From: Bacteroidales bacterium
GTDB taxonomy: Bacteria > Bacteroidota > Bacteroidia > Bacteroidales > UBA3663
Direction of reading: 5' to 3'
Length of the DNA stretch: 64,000 bases
Assembly: GCA_045628985.1 (NCBI GenBank)
Contig: JAZQQH010000029.1
Location: 7,140-71,139 of the forward strand
Made by a program: the position numbers and the translations under genes. The notes beneath the pieces are model-generated. The model had not been told where the DNA came from and did no database searches. It saw nothing but the letters and a program-made list of their open reading frames with translations. Of the stretch, positions 36,600 to 46,466 are shown one piece after another (the stretch's first letter is position 1; the number at the start of each line of letters is the position of its first letter).

Positions 36600-37072
36600 T
36601 GCGTAGGTTTTTACCTTATATATTATTAGTCTTTGGCTTCTTCTGTACTGGCTGTGAGTTTGAGACTTCGGATAACGGAGCGCTGGATGGCTATTGGCAA
36701 CTAACTTCTGTTGAGGTTCTCCATCGCGACAGTGGGCCTGCATCTTCGAATACTCTTACTGAGGACCTTCACCAGGATATGATTCCGATGCGACAATTTT
36801 GGTCTTTCCAGGTCAACTTGCTTCAACTCTCGGATCAGCGTTTCATACTGCCCAGTTATCTGTTCCGATTCGATCATCGGGGAGATAGCTTGCATATTTA
36901 CAATCCGTATGAGCTCGATAGAACTTCGGAGGATCGTCCTGTCAAAGATGTGTCAGTACTTGAACCCTACAAGTTGTATGGGCTGGAGGAACGATTCCAC
37001 ATCGAATGGTTGAAAGAGGGGACAATGTGCCTGGAGAATGATTCGCTTAGGTTCGTGTTCAATCGATATTGA
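36596..37072 (+). CDS. Lipocalin-like domain lipoprotein
   Basis: Lipobox FFCTGC and the DGYWQL motif. ATGA overlap with the Wzi gene. Confidence 0.65.
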   Translation: MMRRFLPYILLVFGFFCTGCEFETSDNGALDGYWQLTSVEVLHRDSGPASSNTLTEDLHQDMIPMRQFWSFQVNLLQLSDQRFILPSYLFRFDHRGDSLHIYNPYELDRTSEDRPVKDVSVLEPYKLYGLEERFHIEWLKEGTMCLENDSLRFVFNRY

Positions 37073-37126
37073 GGATGGTTTTTCGATTGGTTTTGTTTCA
37101 GTATTTCGAATATTAGAGTAAAGACA

Positions 37127-37162
37127 ACCTTGCCGCTGCAGTTCAGACTGTGGCGGTTTTTT
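37127..37162 (+). terminator. Rho-independent terminator
   Basis: CCGCTGCAG/CTGTGGCGG stem (two G-U pairs) is followed by TTTTTT. Confidence 0.6.
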
Positions 37163-37208
37163 CGTAAGACAATGTTGGCAAAGTGTACGTGGTTCCATCG
37201 AAATAGCC

Positions 37209-37216
37209 TATCTTTG
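37209..37216 (+). promoter_or_regulatory. Orphan strong -7 promoter box TAtcTTTG
   Basis: CTATCTTTGCACCATCAAA is identical over 19 nt to the promoter at 25981. No ORF over 7 codons follows. Confidence 0.55.
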
Positions 37217-37221
37217 CACCA

Positions 37222-37425
37222 TCAAAAGAAAAACAAATCGTTGACAATATGAATTTGTTAGACTTGTGTTGAATGTGTTAAAATTAAATTGATTGTTGAA
37301 TGTGTTAATTGATTATGTAAGTTGATAACGTAGAATGGATAGTTAAACCTTGGTTTGCTATTGTGGTTTTGAGATAGGAGAAATCCCCACCTCGCTCATA
37401 TGGGCAGGGTGGGGATTATTTAGTT
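37222..37425 (+). ncRNA. Candidate small RNA of about 200 nt (promoter to terminator, no ORF)
   Basis: It is bounded by the consensus promoter at 37209 and the hairpin AATCCCCACC/GGTGGGGATT (37382-37417). It contains an internal direct repeat TTGTTGAATGTGTTAA. Confidence 0.35.
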
Positions 37426-37446
37426 TCTCAGAAATTTCTGTGATAA

Positions 37447-39078
37447 TTACTGAGCCTTGCATTCGCAAGCCTTGGCATCGACTGGGATGCAAGCCTTGAA
37501 GGTCTTGATGTACTGGTTGAAGCCCTCGACATCCTCAGGATCAGGAGCAACCTCGACACCTGTGTTGCCAGCGAAGACAACTTGCTCGAGGTAGTCTGCT
37601 AAGTTGAGGTTGTCAGGATTGTTAACCACATAGTTAGCCAGCAAAGCGATACCCCAAGCGCCACCTTCACCTGCAGTCTCCATGACGGAGATTGGCGAGT
37701 TGAGGGCAGCTGCAAGAATCTTCTGACCGACGACAGGAGTCTTGAAGAGGCCACCGTGACCTGTGATACGGTCAACTTGTACGTTCTCCTCTTTGAAGAG
37801 CACATCGTTACCGAGCTTCAGCACAGCTACAGTAGCGAAGAGGTTTGCACGCATCAAATTAGCAAGGTTGAATCGATCATTGGCCGAACGGACGAGTAAT
37901 GGACGACCCTCCTGTAAGCCTGCAACAGGTTCACCCGAGATGAAGTTGTAAGCCAGAATGCCACCACAATCCTTATCGCCAGTGAGAGCATGGTTGTAAA
38001 GCTTAGCATAGATATCGTTCATGTCAACTGGCAGACCAAGCAGCTGCTGGTAGTCCTTGAAGAGCTTAACCCAAGCGTTGATGTCCGAAGTACAGTTGTT
38101 GCAGTGAACCATAGCTACGAGCGAACCGTCTGGAGTAGTAACCATATCGATCATCTCGTTTGGCTTCGAGAGGTCCTTCTCGAGCACAATCATCGAGAAC
38201 GATGAGGTGCCTGCCGACACGTTGCCAGTACGCTGCTTTACAGCATTCGTAGCCACCATGCCAGTGCCAGCATCGCCCTCTGGTGGGCAGAATGGGATAC
38301 CTGGCTTCAGGTGACCAGAGATATCGAGACGCTGAGCGCCGTGAGGAGTCAGGAAGCCCGCCTTCTGACCTGCGCAAATACACTGTGGCAGGATGTCCTC
38401 CAACTTCCAGTTGAAGCCACGTGGAGCAATCAGCTCATCGAACTTCTCTACCATCTTGGCATCGTAATTCTTGGTAGCAGGATCGACAGGGATCATACCC
38501 GAGGCGTCGCCAATGCCGAGCACCTTCTCTCCTGTCAAGCGCCAGTGGATGTAACCAGCCAGAGTGGTGAGATAAGTGATGCCCGATACATGCTCCTCAT
38601 TGTCGAGGATAGCCTCATAGAGGTGCGAGATGCTCCAGCGGAGAGGAATGTTGTAGTTGAAGAGCTTCGAGAGCTCGGCAGCAGCCTTTCCGGTGTTGGT
38701 GTTACGCCAGGTGCGGAATGGCACGAGAATCTTCTCTGCCTCAGAGGCTGGTGCACCGTGGCTGGCTGTACCAGTAGGACCGAAAGCCATATAACCATGC
38801 ATCATAGCTGAAACACCGATGCTGGCGAGGATCTCGATTTCACAGTCGTATTCGTTCTTTACAAACTTACGCAGGTCGGCATAAGCATCGGCTAAGCCGT
38901 ACCAGATAGCTTCGGTCGAATAGGTCCAGATGCCATCGTGCAGCTGGTTCTCCCACTCGTGTGAGCCCTGTGCGATAGGCTTGTTCTCCTGGTCGATCAG
39001 GACAGCCTTGATACGGGTAGATCCGAGCTCGATACCAAGCACGGCCTTACCTTTTATAATAGTTTCTCTTGCAGTCAT
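37447..39078 (-). CDS. araB: FGGY-family carbohydrate kinase, L-ribulokinase by operon context
   Basis: N-terminal GIELGSTRIKAVL FGGY motif. It is the last gene of the ara operon. Confidence 0.85.
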   Translation of the reverse strand: MTARETIIKGKAVLGIELGSTRIKAVLIDQENKPIAQGSHEWENQLHDGIWTYSTEAIWYGLADAYADLRKFVKNEYDCEIEILASIGVSAMMHGYMAFGPTGTASHGAPASEAEKILVPFRTWRNTNTGKAAAELSKLFNYNIPLRWSISHLYEAILDNEEHVSGITYLTTLAGYIHWRLTGEKVLGIGDASGMIPVDPATKNYDAKMVEKFDELIAPRGFNWKLEDILPQCICAGQKAGFLTPHGAQRLDISGHLKPGIPFCPPEGDAGTGMVATNAVKQRTGNVSAGTSSFSMIVLEKDLSKPNEMIDMVTTPDGSLVAMVHCNNCTSDINAWVKLFKDYQQLLGLPVDMNDIYAKLYNHALTGDKDCGGILAYNFISGEPVAGLQEGRPLLVRSANDRFNLANLMRANLFATVAVLKLGNDVLFKEENVQVDRITGHGGLFKTPVVGQKILAAALNSPISVMETAGEGGAWGIALLANYVVNNPDNLNLADYLEQVVFAGNTGVEVAPDPEDVEGFNQYIKTFKACIPVDAKACECKAQ

Positions 39079-39095
39079 AGTTGTATTGAAAAAGA

Positions 39096-40637
39096 TTACA
39101 TCAGAGCCTTGTTGAGCATATAATAAACTTCATTGTTGCGGAGCTGCTGCTTGAAGCCCGAGATAGTGGTATCCTTGTTGATACCGATGAACTCGATGCC
39201 GCAGATCTCTGCGAAATCCTCCCAGTACTCGGCAGTGATCTCGTATGAGAATGCACTGTGATGAGTACCACCAGCCAAAATCCATGCGCCAGCGCCAACC
39301 TCGAAGGTTGGCTGTGGGACCCACAGAGCCGAAGCAACAGGGAGCTTAGGCATAGGCTTAGGCTCGATGCACTCTACGTCACTGGTGATGAGACGGAAGC
39401 GGTTGCCAAGGTCAACAACGGTAGCCTTGCAGCCAGCACCGGTCTTCGAGGTGAATACCAGACGAGCGGTCTCCTGCTTACGGATACCAATGCCGAGGAA
39501 GTGAACCTCGAGCTTAGGCTTATCGGTAGCGATGAGTGGAGTAACCTCGAGCATGTGGCTCTGGAGCGAAGAGGTGCAATCCTCAGCAAAGTTGAGGGTA
39601 TAGTCTTCGAGGAATGAGCAGCCCTTCTGAAGGCCTTGATTCATCACCCAGAGGGTACGATAGAGGCAAGAGGTCTTCCAGTCACCCTCGGCACCGAAGC
39701 CAATACCTTCGGCCATGAGGCGCTGTGAAGCCAGACCAGGAATCTGGTCGAAGCCGCAGAAGTCAGGAGCAGTGATATCAGCATCACCCAGATCGTCGAA
39801 GTTGGTGGTGAAGGCAGTAGCGCCCTCGTCCTTCAGCACGCGACGGATAGCAATCTCAGCCTTAGCAGCATTGCGAACCTTCTGCCAGTAAACCTCCTCG
39901 CCGCACTCGTCGATCTTGATAGTATATTCCTTCTTGTAGGTCTCAACCAGCTCGTCAACTTCAGCTTCGGTAACGTTCTTGAAGTAATCCATCAGCGAAG
40001 ATACTGGATAGTAATCTACGTGATAGCCCAGACGCTGCTCGAACTCAACACGATCGCCATCTGTAACAGCCACATTGTTCATGTTCAGACCGAACATCAA
40101 GCAACGAGTATCATGAGCATCAGCTACACCGGCGCATACACGTGCCCAGATAGCGATCTTCTTCTGTGCCTCCTTATCCTTCCAGTAGCCAACAACCACC
40201 TTGCGAGCAATGCGCATACGAGTGCAGATGTGACCAAACTCGATGTCGCCGTGAGCAGACTGGTTGAGGTTCATGAAGTCCATATCCATGGTGTCCCAAG
40301 GAATCTCGGCATTGTACTGGGTGTGGAAGTGAAGCAGTGGCTTCTTGAGGCGCTGTAGGCCCTTGATCCACATCTTAGCAGGTGAGAAGGTGTGCATCCA
40401 AGTGATGACACCAGCACACTGAGGTGCATTATTAGCTTCGAGCATGATCTGCTCAACCTCCTTCGAAGAGTTGGCAGTGCCCTTATAAACTACCTTGATA
40501 GGGATAATGCCGCCTTCGTTAAGGCCAGCTACCATTTCCTGTGAGTGTGCGTCAACGGCAACAACTGCGTCGCCACCATAAAGAAGCTGTGCTCCGGTGA
40601 TCCACCAAAGCTCTAAATTTTCAAACATGTTTTTCAA
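39096..40637 (-). CDS. araA: L-arabinose isomerase
   Basis: FENLELWWITGAQLLYG N-terminus and about 510 aa length are typical of AraA. Confidence 0.92.
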   Translation of the reverse strand: MKNMFENLELWWITGAQLLYGGDAVVAVDAHSQEMVAGLNEGGIIPIKVVYKGTANSSKEVEQIMLEANNAPQCAGVITWMHTFSPAKMWIKGLQRLKKPLLHFHTQYNAEIPWDTMDMDFMNLNQSAHGDIEFGHICTRMRIARKVVVGYWKDKEAQKKIAIWARVCAGVADAHDTRCLMFGLNMNNVAVTDGDRVEFEQRLGYHVDYYPVSSLMDYFKNVTEAEVDELVETYKKEYTIKIDECGEEVYWQKVRNAAKAEIAIRRVLKDEGATAFTTNFDDLGDADITAPDFCGFDQIPGLASQRLMAEGIGFGAEGDWKTSCLYRTLWVMNQGLQKGCSFLEDYTLNFAEDCTSSLQSHMLEVTPLIATDKPKLEVHFLGIGIRKQETARLVFTSKTGAGCKATVVDLGNRFRLITSDVECIEPKPMPKLPVASALWVPQPTFEVGAGAWILAGGTHHSAFSYEITAEYWEDFAEICGIEFIGINKDTTISGFKQQLRNNEVYYMLNKALM

Positions 40638-40655
40638 TATTAATAGTGAATATGA

Positions 40656-41360
40656 TTAGTGCTGCTGACCCTTCTGTCCATAATAGGCATTAGGACCGTG
40701 CTTGCGCATATAGTGTTTCTCGACGAGAAGTGGGTTCATCGAGGTCTCAGGATTGACTGAGAAGGCAATGAAAGCCATCTTAGCGCACTGCTCCATAACC
40801 TTAGCATTGTAGACAGCATTGGCAGGCGAGGTGCCCCATGAGAAAGGACCATGGTTCTTGACCAGAACGGCAGGAGTGTGGTCTGGGTTGATGCCCAGCT
40901 CGGTGAACTTGTTAACGATCACGGTGCCGGTCTCTTTCTCGTACTCAGGCATCATCTCGGCAGTCATGGCATCGGTGCAAGGGATGTCCTTGTAGAAGTA
41001 GTCGGCGTGAGTGGTGCCGATGTTAGGAATGTCGCGACCAGCCTGTGCGAAAGCAGTCGCATAAGTAGAGTGTGTGTGAACTACACCCTTGATGTTAGGG
41101 AATGCACGGTAGAGAACGAGGTGGGTAGGAGTATCGCTCGATGGATTTAGGTCACCCTCGACCACCTTGCCTGTCTCCAGGTCAACAACGACCATATCTT
41201 CAGCCTTCATCACATCATAATCGACGCCCGATGGCTTGATGACAACCAGACCCTTCTCACGATCGATGCCCGAGACATTGCCCCAGGTGTAGATTACCAG
41301 ACCCTGGCGTACCAGCTCCATGTTGGCATCGAATACTTTTTGTTTGAGTTCTTCAAGCAT
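40656..41360 (-). CDS. araD: L-ribulose-5-phosphate 4-epimerase
   Basis: [17 protein letters not shown]-terminus. Class II aldolase fold motifs GNVSG and HTHSTYAT. The start is set at the internal ATG. Confidence 0.92.
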   Translation of the reverse strand: MLEELKQKVFDANMELVRQGLVIYTWGNVSGIDREKGLVVIKPSGVDYDVMKAEDMVVVDLETGKVVEGDLNPSSDTPTHLVLYRAFPNIKGVVHTHSTYATAFAQAGRDIPNIGTTHADYFYKDIPCTDAMTAEMMPEYEKETGTVIVNKFTELGINPDHTPAVLVKNHGPFSWGTSPANAVYNAKVMEQCAKMAFIAFSVNPETSMNPLLVEKHYMRKHGPNAYYGQKGQQH

Positions 41361-41625
41361 AATATTAATACGGAATGAATAATTCATCAATCATTATGGG
41401 CTCCGAGGGAAAAAGGCTCTTGTGCGGATATATGCCCAATAAGGATAATGAAAAATGTTTTTAATGTGTATATAAAAATGGTAGTGAATATCTTGGTTCC
41501 TCAGAATCAGATTCAAAGTTCCATAATTGAGCCTCGCCCCAGATGCGTTGGCACGAAGCCCAATTATGAATTATATTTCTCAATCGAGAATTCTTAATCG
41601 AGAATTATCAATTAAGCAGTGTAGA

Positions 41626-43563
41626 TTACCAGAGCAGTACGTAGAGAACCATGGTGATGGCAGCGATGCCAATGGTGCCCCAGGTGTAACCACGAGTGGT
41701 AGTGAAGATCTTCAGATCGATAGGCAGAGCCTTTGGATCCTGCTTGTCACTGTGAGCGTTGCTCCAGAGCCATACTGCATTGCAGCCAACCAGCACACCG
41801 AAGAAGATGAATGCCTGGAAGCCGATGTCGTTGAGGTAAGCTGACCAAGCGGTAGCCTCGCCCATCAATACGACGATAATAGCGCAGACAATCATAGTCA
41901 GACCAGTGCCACCCAGTACCTTAGCCCAGAACTCCATACGTGACTTGTCGGCCTTCTCAGGCTCCTCGCAATGAACATACTTCTTGTCGAGCAGAGAGAG
42001 GATGATGAAGAACGAAACGACGATGATGAAGATATAGCCAGCACGGAACTGGAAAGGAACATCGCCCAAGAAGATCTTGAACAGAACGCCCAATGGGATG
42101 GTGATAATAGCGGTCCAGATAGCGGCGAGCGAAGAGGCACGCTTCCAGAGCAGACCCAGACCAAAGACGGTAATGATACCTGGATAGATGAAGCCAGAAT
42201 ACTCCTGGATGTACTGGAATGCCTGTGGGATGCCACCGAGCAAAGGCTTAACGGTGATGAGGGCGATGATCAGGGCGACAACCGAGGTCATACGGCCAAC
42301 GTTAACCAGCTTCTTGTCGCTTGCGTTAGGATTGACGTACTTCTTGTAGATATCCATGGTGAACAGGGTAGAGGTCGAGTTGAACATGGAAGCCAAAGAA
42401 GAGATAATAGCAGCAGCCAGAGCAGCGAATGACAGACCCTTGATACCTACAGGGGTGAAGTTGCGGATGAGCCAAGGATAAGCATCGTCAGGGATGTTAA
42501 TCTTGCCGTGCAACTCCATCGAAGCGAAGGTGTTAGGATTCTGAGCGATGTAGTAAGCACAGATACCAGGCAGAACAACGATGAATGGGATGAGGATCTT
42601 AAGGAAGCCAGCGAAGATGAGGCCCTTCTTAGCCTCGTCGATATTCTTAGCAGCCAGACCCTTCTGGATGATGTACTGGTTGAAGCCCCAGTAGCCCAGG
42701 TTGGTAAGCCATACACCACCTACTACAGCAGCGATACCAGGCACGTTAGCGAAGGCATCGGCATTGTGCGACTGCTGGATAACCAGGTGGAAGTGTGTGT
42801 CGGTAGAGTAGTTGCCAGTGGTCAGGTCGGTGTAGATCTTGCCCAGAGCGCCCATAGCGTCGGTATCGAATACCAGACCCATCTCGCGCAGAGCCACATA
42901 AGCGGTGATCAGACCACCACCTACCAGGAAGGTAACCTGCATAACGTCGGTCCAAGCAACCGAAGCCAGACCACCATAGATAGAATATACACCTGCAATG
43001 ACGAAGAGCAGGAAGATGATGATCATACGCAGCGAGATCTCCATGCCCATGAAGCTGACTGCCAGGCCCTGCAGACCCAGGATCTGCTCGATAGCCAATG
43101 CGCCAAGCCAAGCCACAGAGGTCAGGTTGACGAAGACGTAGAGGAACAGCCAGAGTACGGAGAAGGCGAAACCTACACCATCGTTATAACGCTCGCGGAG
43201 GAACTGTGGAATGGTGAAGATCTTACGCTCGAGCATGATAGGCAGTAGGAACTTGCCGATCACAACCAGTGTAATAGCTGCCATAACCTCGTATGCGGCA
43301 ATAGCGATACCATCGGCAAAACCAGTACCAGACATTCCGATAAACTGCTCGGCCGAAATATTAGCTGCAATGAGTGAAGCACCGACAGCCCACCAAGTCA
43401 AGGTGTTGCCGGCAAGGAAGTAATCGTTAGCGCTCTTCTCTTGTCCATCCTTCGAGCGGCTCAAGAAGAGTCCCAGACCGACAAGAACGATAAGATAAAT
43501 GATTAGGATAACAAAGTCAATGGGCTGGAACCCACTGTTGCTTAATGCGTCTAATACGTTCAT
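41626..43563 (-). CDS. Sodium:solute symporter (SSF/SGLT family)
   Basis: 645-aa polytopic protein with SSF N-terminal pattern (DYFLAGNTLTWWAVGASLIAANISAEQFIG). Confidence 0.88.
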   Translation of the reverse strand: MNVLDALSNSGFQPIDFVILIIYLIVLVGLGLFLSRSKDGQEKSANDYFLAGNTLTWWAVGASLIAANISAEQFIGMSGTGFADGIAIAAYEVMAAITLVVIGKFLLPIMLERKIFTIPQFLRERYNDGVGFAFSVLWLFLYVFVNLTSVAWLGALAIEQILGLQGLAVSFMGMEISLRMIIIFLLFVIAGVYSIYGGLASVAWTDVMQVTFLVGGGLITAYVALREMGLVFDTDAMGALGKIYTDLTTGNYSTDTHFHLVIQQSHNADAFANVPGIAAVVGGVWLTNLGYWGFNQYIIQKGLAAKNIDEAKKGLIFAGFLKILIPFIVVLPGICAYYIAQNPNTFASMELHGKINIPDDAYPWLIRNFTPVGIKGLSFAALAAAIISSLASMFNSTSTLFTMDIYKKYVNPNASDKKLVNVGRMTSVVALIIALITVKPLLGGIPQAFQYIQEYSGFIYPGIITVFGLGLLWKRASSLAAIWTAIITIPLGVLFKIFLGDVPFQFRAGYIFIIVVSFFIILSLLDKKYVHCEEPEKADKSRMEFWAKVLGGTGLTMIVCAIIVVLMGEATAWSAYLNDIGFQAFIFFGVLVGCNAVWLWSNAHSDKQDPKALPIDLKIFTTTRGYTWGTIGIAAITMVLYVLLW

Positions 43564-43671
43564 GTTTTGATTTGTGTAAGTGTATAAATAAATATAGGAG
43601 GAAACTGCCAGTAGCAGACAGGGGCATCAATGCCGCCTCGGCATCGATGTCCCTGGGTATGGTATTAAGGA

Positions 43672-44922
43672 TTAATCTACCTTGATGTCCTTGTTGACAT
43701 TCTTGCAGCCGATAAGGGCGTAGTAGAGGATGTATGCCAGCATGGCAACGATGAGCCAGTATGATGCAAGGTACCCAACAGCAGGAACAACCAGCTGCTC
43801 CTGAAGGAGTGGCATAACGCCACCACCAACAACGAGGGTCATGAACAGACCAGAAGCCTTGGCAGTGTACTTGCCGAGACCCTCAGTTGCGAGGTTAAAG
43901 ATACCGCCCCACATAACAGAGGTGCAGAGACCAACGAGGAAGATGAAGACGCAAGACAGTGGTACAGTGGCATTCTCGATCTTGATGAAGCCAAGGTTAA
44001 TGTTGAGGTTGATATCAACACTTCCAGTACAGATAGCAGCAACGATGAGGCAGATACCTGCAGCCGAAACGGTAATCAGCTGGGTGCGTGAAGAAACCTT
44101 GTTTGAGATAGCAGTAGAGATGGTACGACCGATGAGCATCAGGAACCAGTAGATGGCTGCCAGCGAACCAGCAACGGCAGCGGCACCCTCCCAAGGCATA
44201 CGGCTGATCCACTGGTTCATAATACCAGGAGTAGCGATCTCGATGCCAACATAGAAGAAGATAGCGATGAAGCCGAGGGTTGCGTGACGGAAAGCCCAAG
44301 GTGAACGCTCGTAAGTTACCTTAGAGAGATTGCCCTGTGGCTCCTCGATCTTGATGAAGCCGATGATGACGAAGGCAGCCAGGAAGACTACGATGCCGGT
44401 GATGATGAGTGGAGCTACATCAGGGAAGGAATCCTTGGTCAGGGTGCCTACCAGAACGCCGGTGAGCATTGGGGTAAGAGTACCGGTGAGCGAGTTAAGG
44501 GTACCACCTGCCTGTACGAGCTGGTTGCCGGTGTTGCCACCGCCACCCAGAAGGTTGAGCATTGGGTTAACAACGGTGTTGAGCATGCAGACGCAGAAGC
44601 CGCAGATCAGAGCGCCGAGCAGATATACGTAAACATTGCTCATTACACCCGAGAGAAGCTGGATGCCGAGGCCGATAGCACCTACGATGAGAGCGATAAG
44701 AGCGGTCTTCTTGTAGCCATACTTGATGAGCATGTTACCAGCAGGAATACCCATGAAAAGATAAGCGGCAAAATTCATCATATTGCCCATCATGCCTGCC
44801 CACTCATAAGACAGACCCCAAATGTTGCCGAAAGGTGCGGCCATGTTGGTGACGAAGGCGATCATACCGAAGATGAAGAACATCGTGATGATAGCCACCC
44901 AGTTACGTTTTTGTTGTGCCAT
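43672..44922 (-). CDS. MFS sugar transporter (FucP/glucose-galactose transporter-like)
   Basis: 416 aa, 12 TM, FucP-like N-terminus (IITMFFIFGMIAFVTNMAAP). Confidence 0.8.
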   Translation of the reverse strand: MAQQKRNWVAIITMFFIFGMIAFVTNMAAPFGNIWGLSYEWAGMMGNMMNFAAYLFMGIPAGNMLIKYGYKKTALIALIVGAIGLGIQLLSGVMSNVYVYLLGALICGFCVCMLNTVVNPMLNLLGGGGNTGNQLVQAGGTLNSLTGTLTPMLTGVLVGTLTKDSFPDVAPLIITGIVVFLAAFVIIGFIKIEEPQGNLSKVTYERSPWAFRHATLGFIAIFFYVGIEIATPGIMNQWISRMPWEGAAAVAGSLAAIYWFLMLIGRTISTAISNKVSSRTQLITVSAAGICLIVAAICTGSVDINLNINLGFIKIENATVPLSCVFIFLVGLCTSVMWGGIFNLATEGLGKYTAKASGLFMTLVVGGGVMPLLQEQLVVPAVGYLASYWLIVAMLAYILYYALIGCKNVNKDIKVD

Positions 44923-44965
44923 GATTTTGTTATTTTGTTGTTTTGTTATTATTGTTCTTTCGTTT

Positions 44966-45038
44966 CATTCGAATTGTCGATTTCTCGAATCGTCGAGTTT
45001 TCGAATTATCGAAGCTTCGAATCATCAAGTTTTCGAAA
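44966..45038. repeat. Four to five tandem copies of a 16-bp unit containing TTCGAA-type half-palindromes
   Basis: On the minus strand it reads ATTCGAAGCTTCGATA / ATTCGAAAACTCGACG / ATTCGAGAAATCGACA / ATTCGAATGAAACGAA. It starts immediately after the galM stop. Confidence 0.7.
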
Positions 45039-46220
45039 TTACTTTACTGAGAACTTGTAAGCAGCGTGGCTGTAGTATTTCTCGCCTGGCTTCAGGTTAG
45101 GCTGAGCCCACTCTGGCTTGTTTGGCGAGTCAGGATACTTCTGGCTCTCGAGGCAGACACTGACGTACTGTGGGTACTTGCCGTTCTTGTGAGGGATGTC
45201 CAACTCGCCGTCAACGCCCTGGAAGTTGCCAGTATAGCACTGAACGCCTGGCTCGTTGGTGTACATCTCCATGAAGATGCCGGTCTTTGGCGAATAGAGC
45301 GAAGCGCAGACCTGGGTGTCGTCACCTGCAGTGTTCAAGCAGAAGTTGTGGTCGATACCACCACGAGCATTCTGAACCTGATCGAAGTCGGCACCGATGG
45401 CCTGGCTGATAGCAGTTGGGGTGCGGAAGTCGAATACGGTACCCTCGACTGAGCGGATTTCGCCAGTTGGGATATAGAGGGCATCCGATGGGGTGAAGTT
45501 ATCTGCGTTGAGGTAGAGGAGCATGTCGGTACCTACCTCGTTGAAGTTTCCGTTCAGGTTGTAATAGTTGTGGTTGGTCTGGTTGATGATGGTCTCCTTG
45601 TCGGTAGTTGCCTCCCAAACCATGTCCAGTGTGTTGTCCGACTTCACGGTATAGGTGGTAATAGCGGTTACGGTGCCAGGGAAGCCGTTCTCGCCATCCT
45701 CAGCCACAATAGTGAGCTTCAGGATTGAGTCACCGATCTGCTGTGCATCATAGACCTTATGCATCCAGCCGGTAGCACCACCGCCGTGCAGGCAGTTAGG
45801 ACCGTCGTTCTGGGTGAGCTGAATCTCCTCGCCATTGAGGGTGAACTTGCCACCAGCGATGCGGTTGGCATAGCGACCTACCGACGAACCGTAGTCCGAA
45901 GGTGAGTTCTGGGTGTCGGCATACTGCTTAACGTTGTCGAAGCCGAGCACTACGTCGGTTGGCTTGCCATCCTTGTCTGGTACGACCAACGATACTACAC
46001 GACCACCGTAGTTGGTGATGCAGACCTCCATGCCATTGGCATTCTTCAGGGTGTAGAGGGCAGTAACCTTGCCCTGGATGGTGTCGGCAAATGCCTCTGG
46101 ATCGAGTCCAGACTGGGTGAGATTGACTTCTTGTGCTGGCTTGGGTGATGTGCAAGCTGCCAGCAGAACCGGAGCGGCCACTGCGAGCAGTGAGCCCATT
46201 TGGGTGAATGTCGATTTCAT
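45039..46220 (-). CDS. galM: Aldose 1-epimerase (mutarotase) with lipoprotein signal
   Basis: 393 aa with lipobox LLAAC and mutarotase motifs (NCLHGG, YTGNF). Confidence 0.88.
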   Translation of the reverse strand: MKSTFTQMGSLLAVAAPVLLAACTSPKPAQEVNLTQSGLDPEAFADTIQGKVTALYTLKNANGMEVCITNYGGRVVSLVVPDKDGKPTDVVLGFDNVKQYADTQNSPSDYGSSVGRYANRIAGGKFTLNGEEIQLTQNDGPNCLHGGGATGWMHKVYDAQQIGDSILKLTIVAEDGENGFPGTVTAITTYTVKSDNTLDMVWEATTDKETIINQTNHNYYNLNGNFNEVGTDMLLYLNADNFTPSDALYIPTGEIRSVEGTVFDFRTPTAISQAIGADFDQVQNARGGIDHNFCLNTAGDDTQVCASLYSPKTGIFMEMYTNEPGVQCYTGNFQGVDGELDIPHKNGKYPQYVSVCLESQKYPDSPNKPEWAQPNLKPGEKYYSHAAYKFSVK

Positions 46221-46299
46221 TCTTTAGTGTTTTTTTTGTATTAAAAATTGATATTTTTGTGCTGTTTTTGGTATTACGAGTGTACATAGATTACCGCTG

Positions 46300-46307
46300 C
46301 AAAGATA
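46300..46307 (-). promoter_or_regulatory. -7 promoter box (TAtcTTTG) for the arabinose operon
   Basis: The reverse complement of CAAAGATA is in the context CGTATCTTTGCAGCG, about 80 nt upstream of the galM ATG. Confidence 0.55.
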
Positions 46308-46433
46308 CGAAAAAAAAGCATTGCTTGGTCAAATCAATGAGTAAATTTAGCATAATTTGCCCGAAATGACTAAAAAAATATCTAAAATCATAATTTTTCA
46401 ACGTTAAAATTTGCAGTGAACACAAAAAATAAC

Positions 46434-46441
46434 TACCTTTG
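46434..46441 (+). promoter_or_regulatory. -7 promoter box TAccTTTG
   Basis: CTACCTTTGCAGC. This places the real start of the next gene at 46467. Confidence 0.55.
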
Positions 46442-46466
46442 CAGCATCGGAAAAAGCAAAAAAGAC

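Noticed and set aside
41527-41844. 105-codon plus-strand ORF spanning the SGLT-araD spacer as a possible lost regulator
   Set aside because: Most of it is antisense to the 3' end of the SGLT gene, and I saw no NUDIX or HTH motif. The spacer is treated as non-coding.
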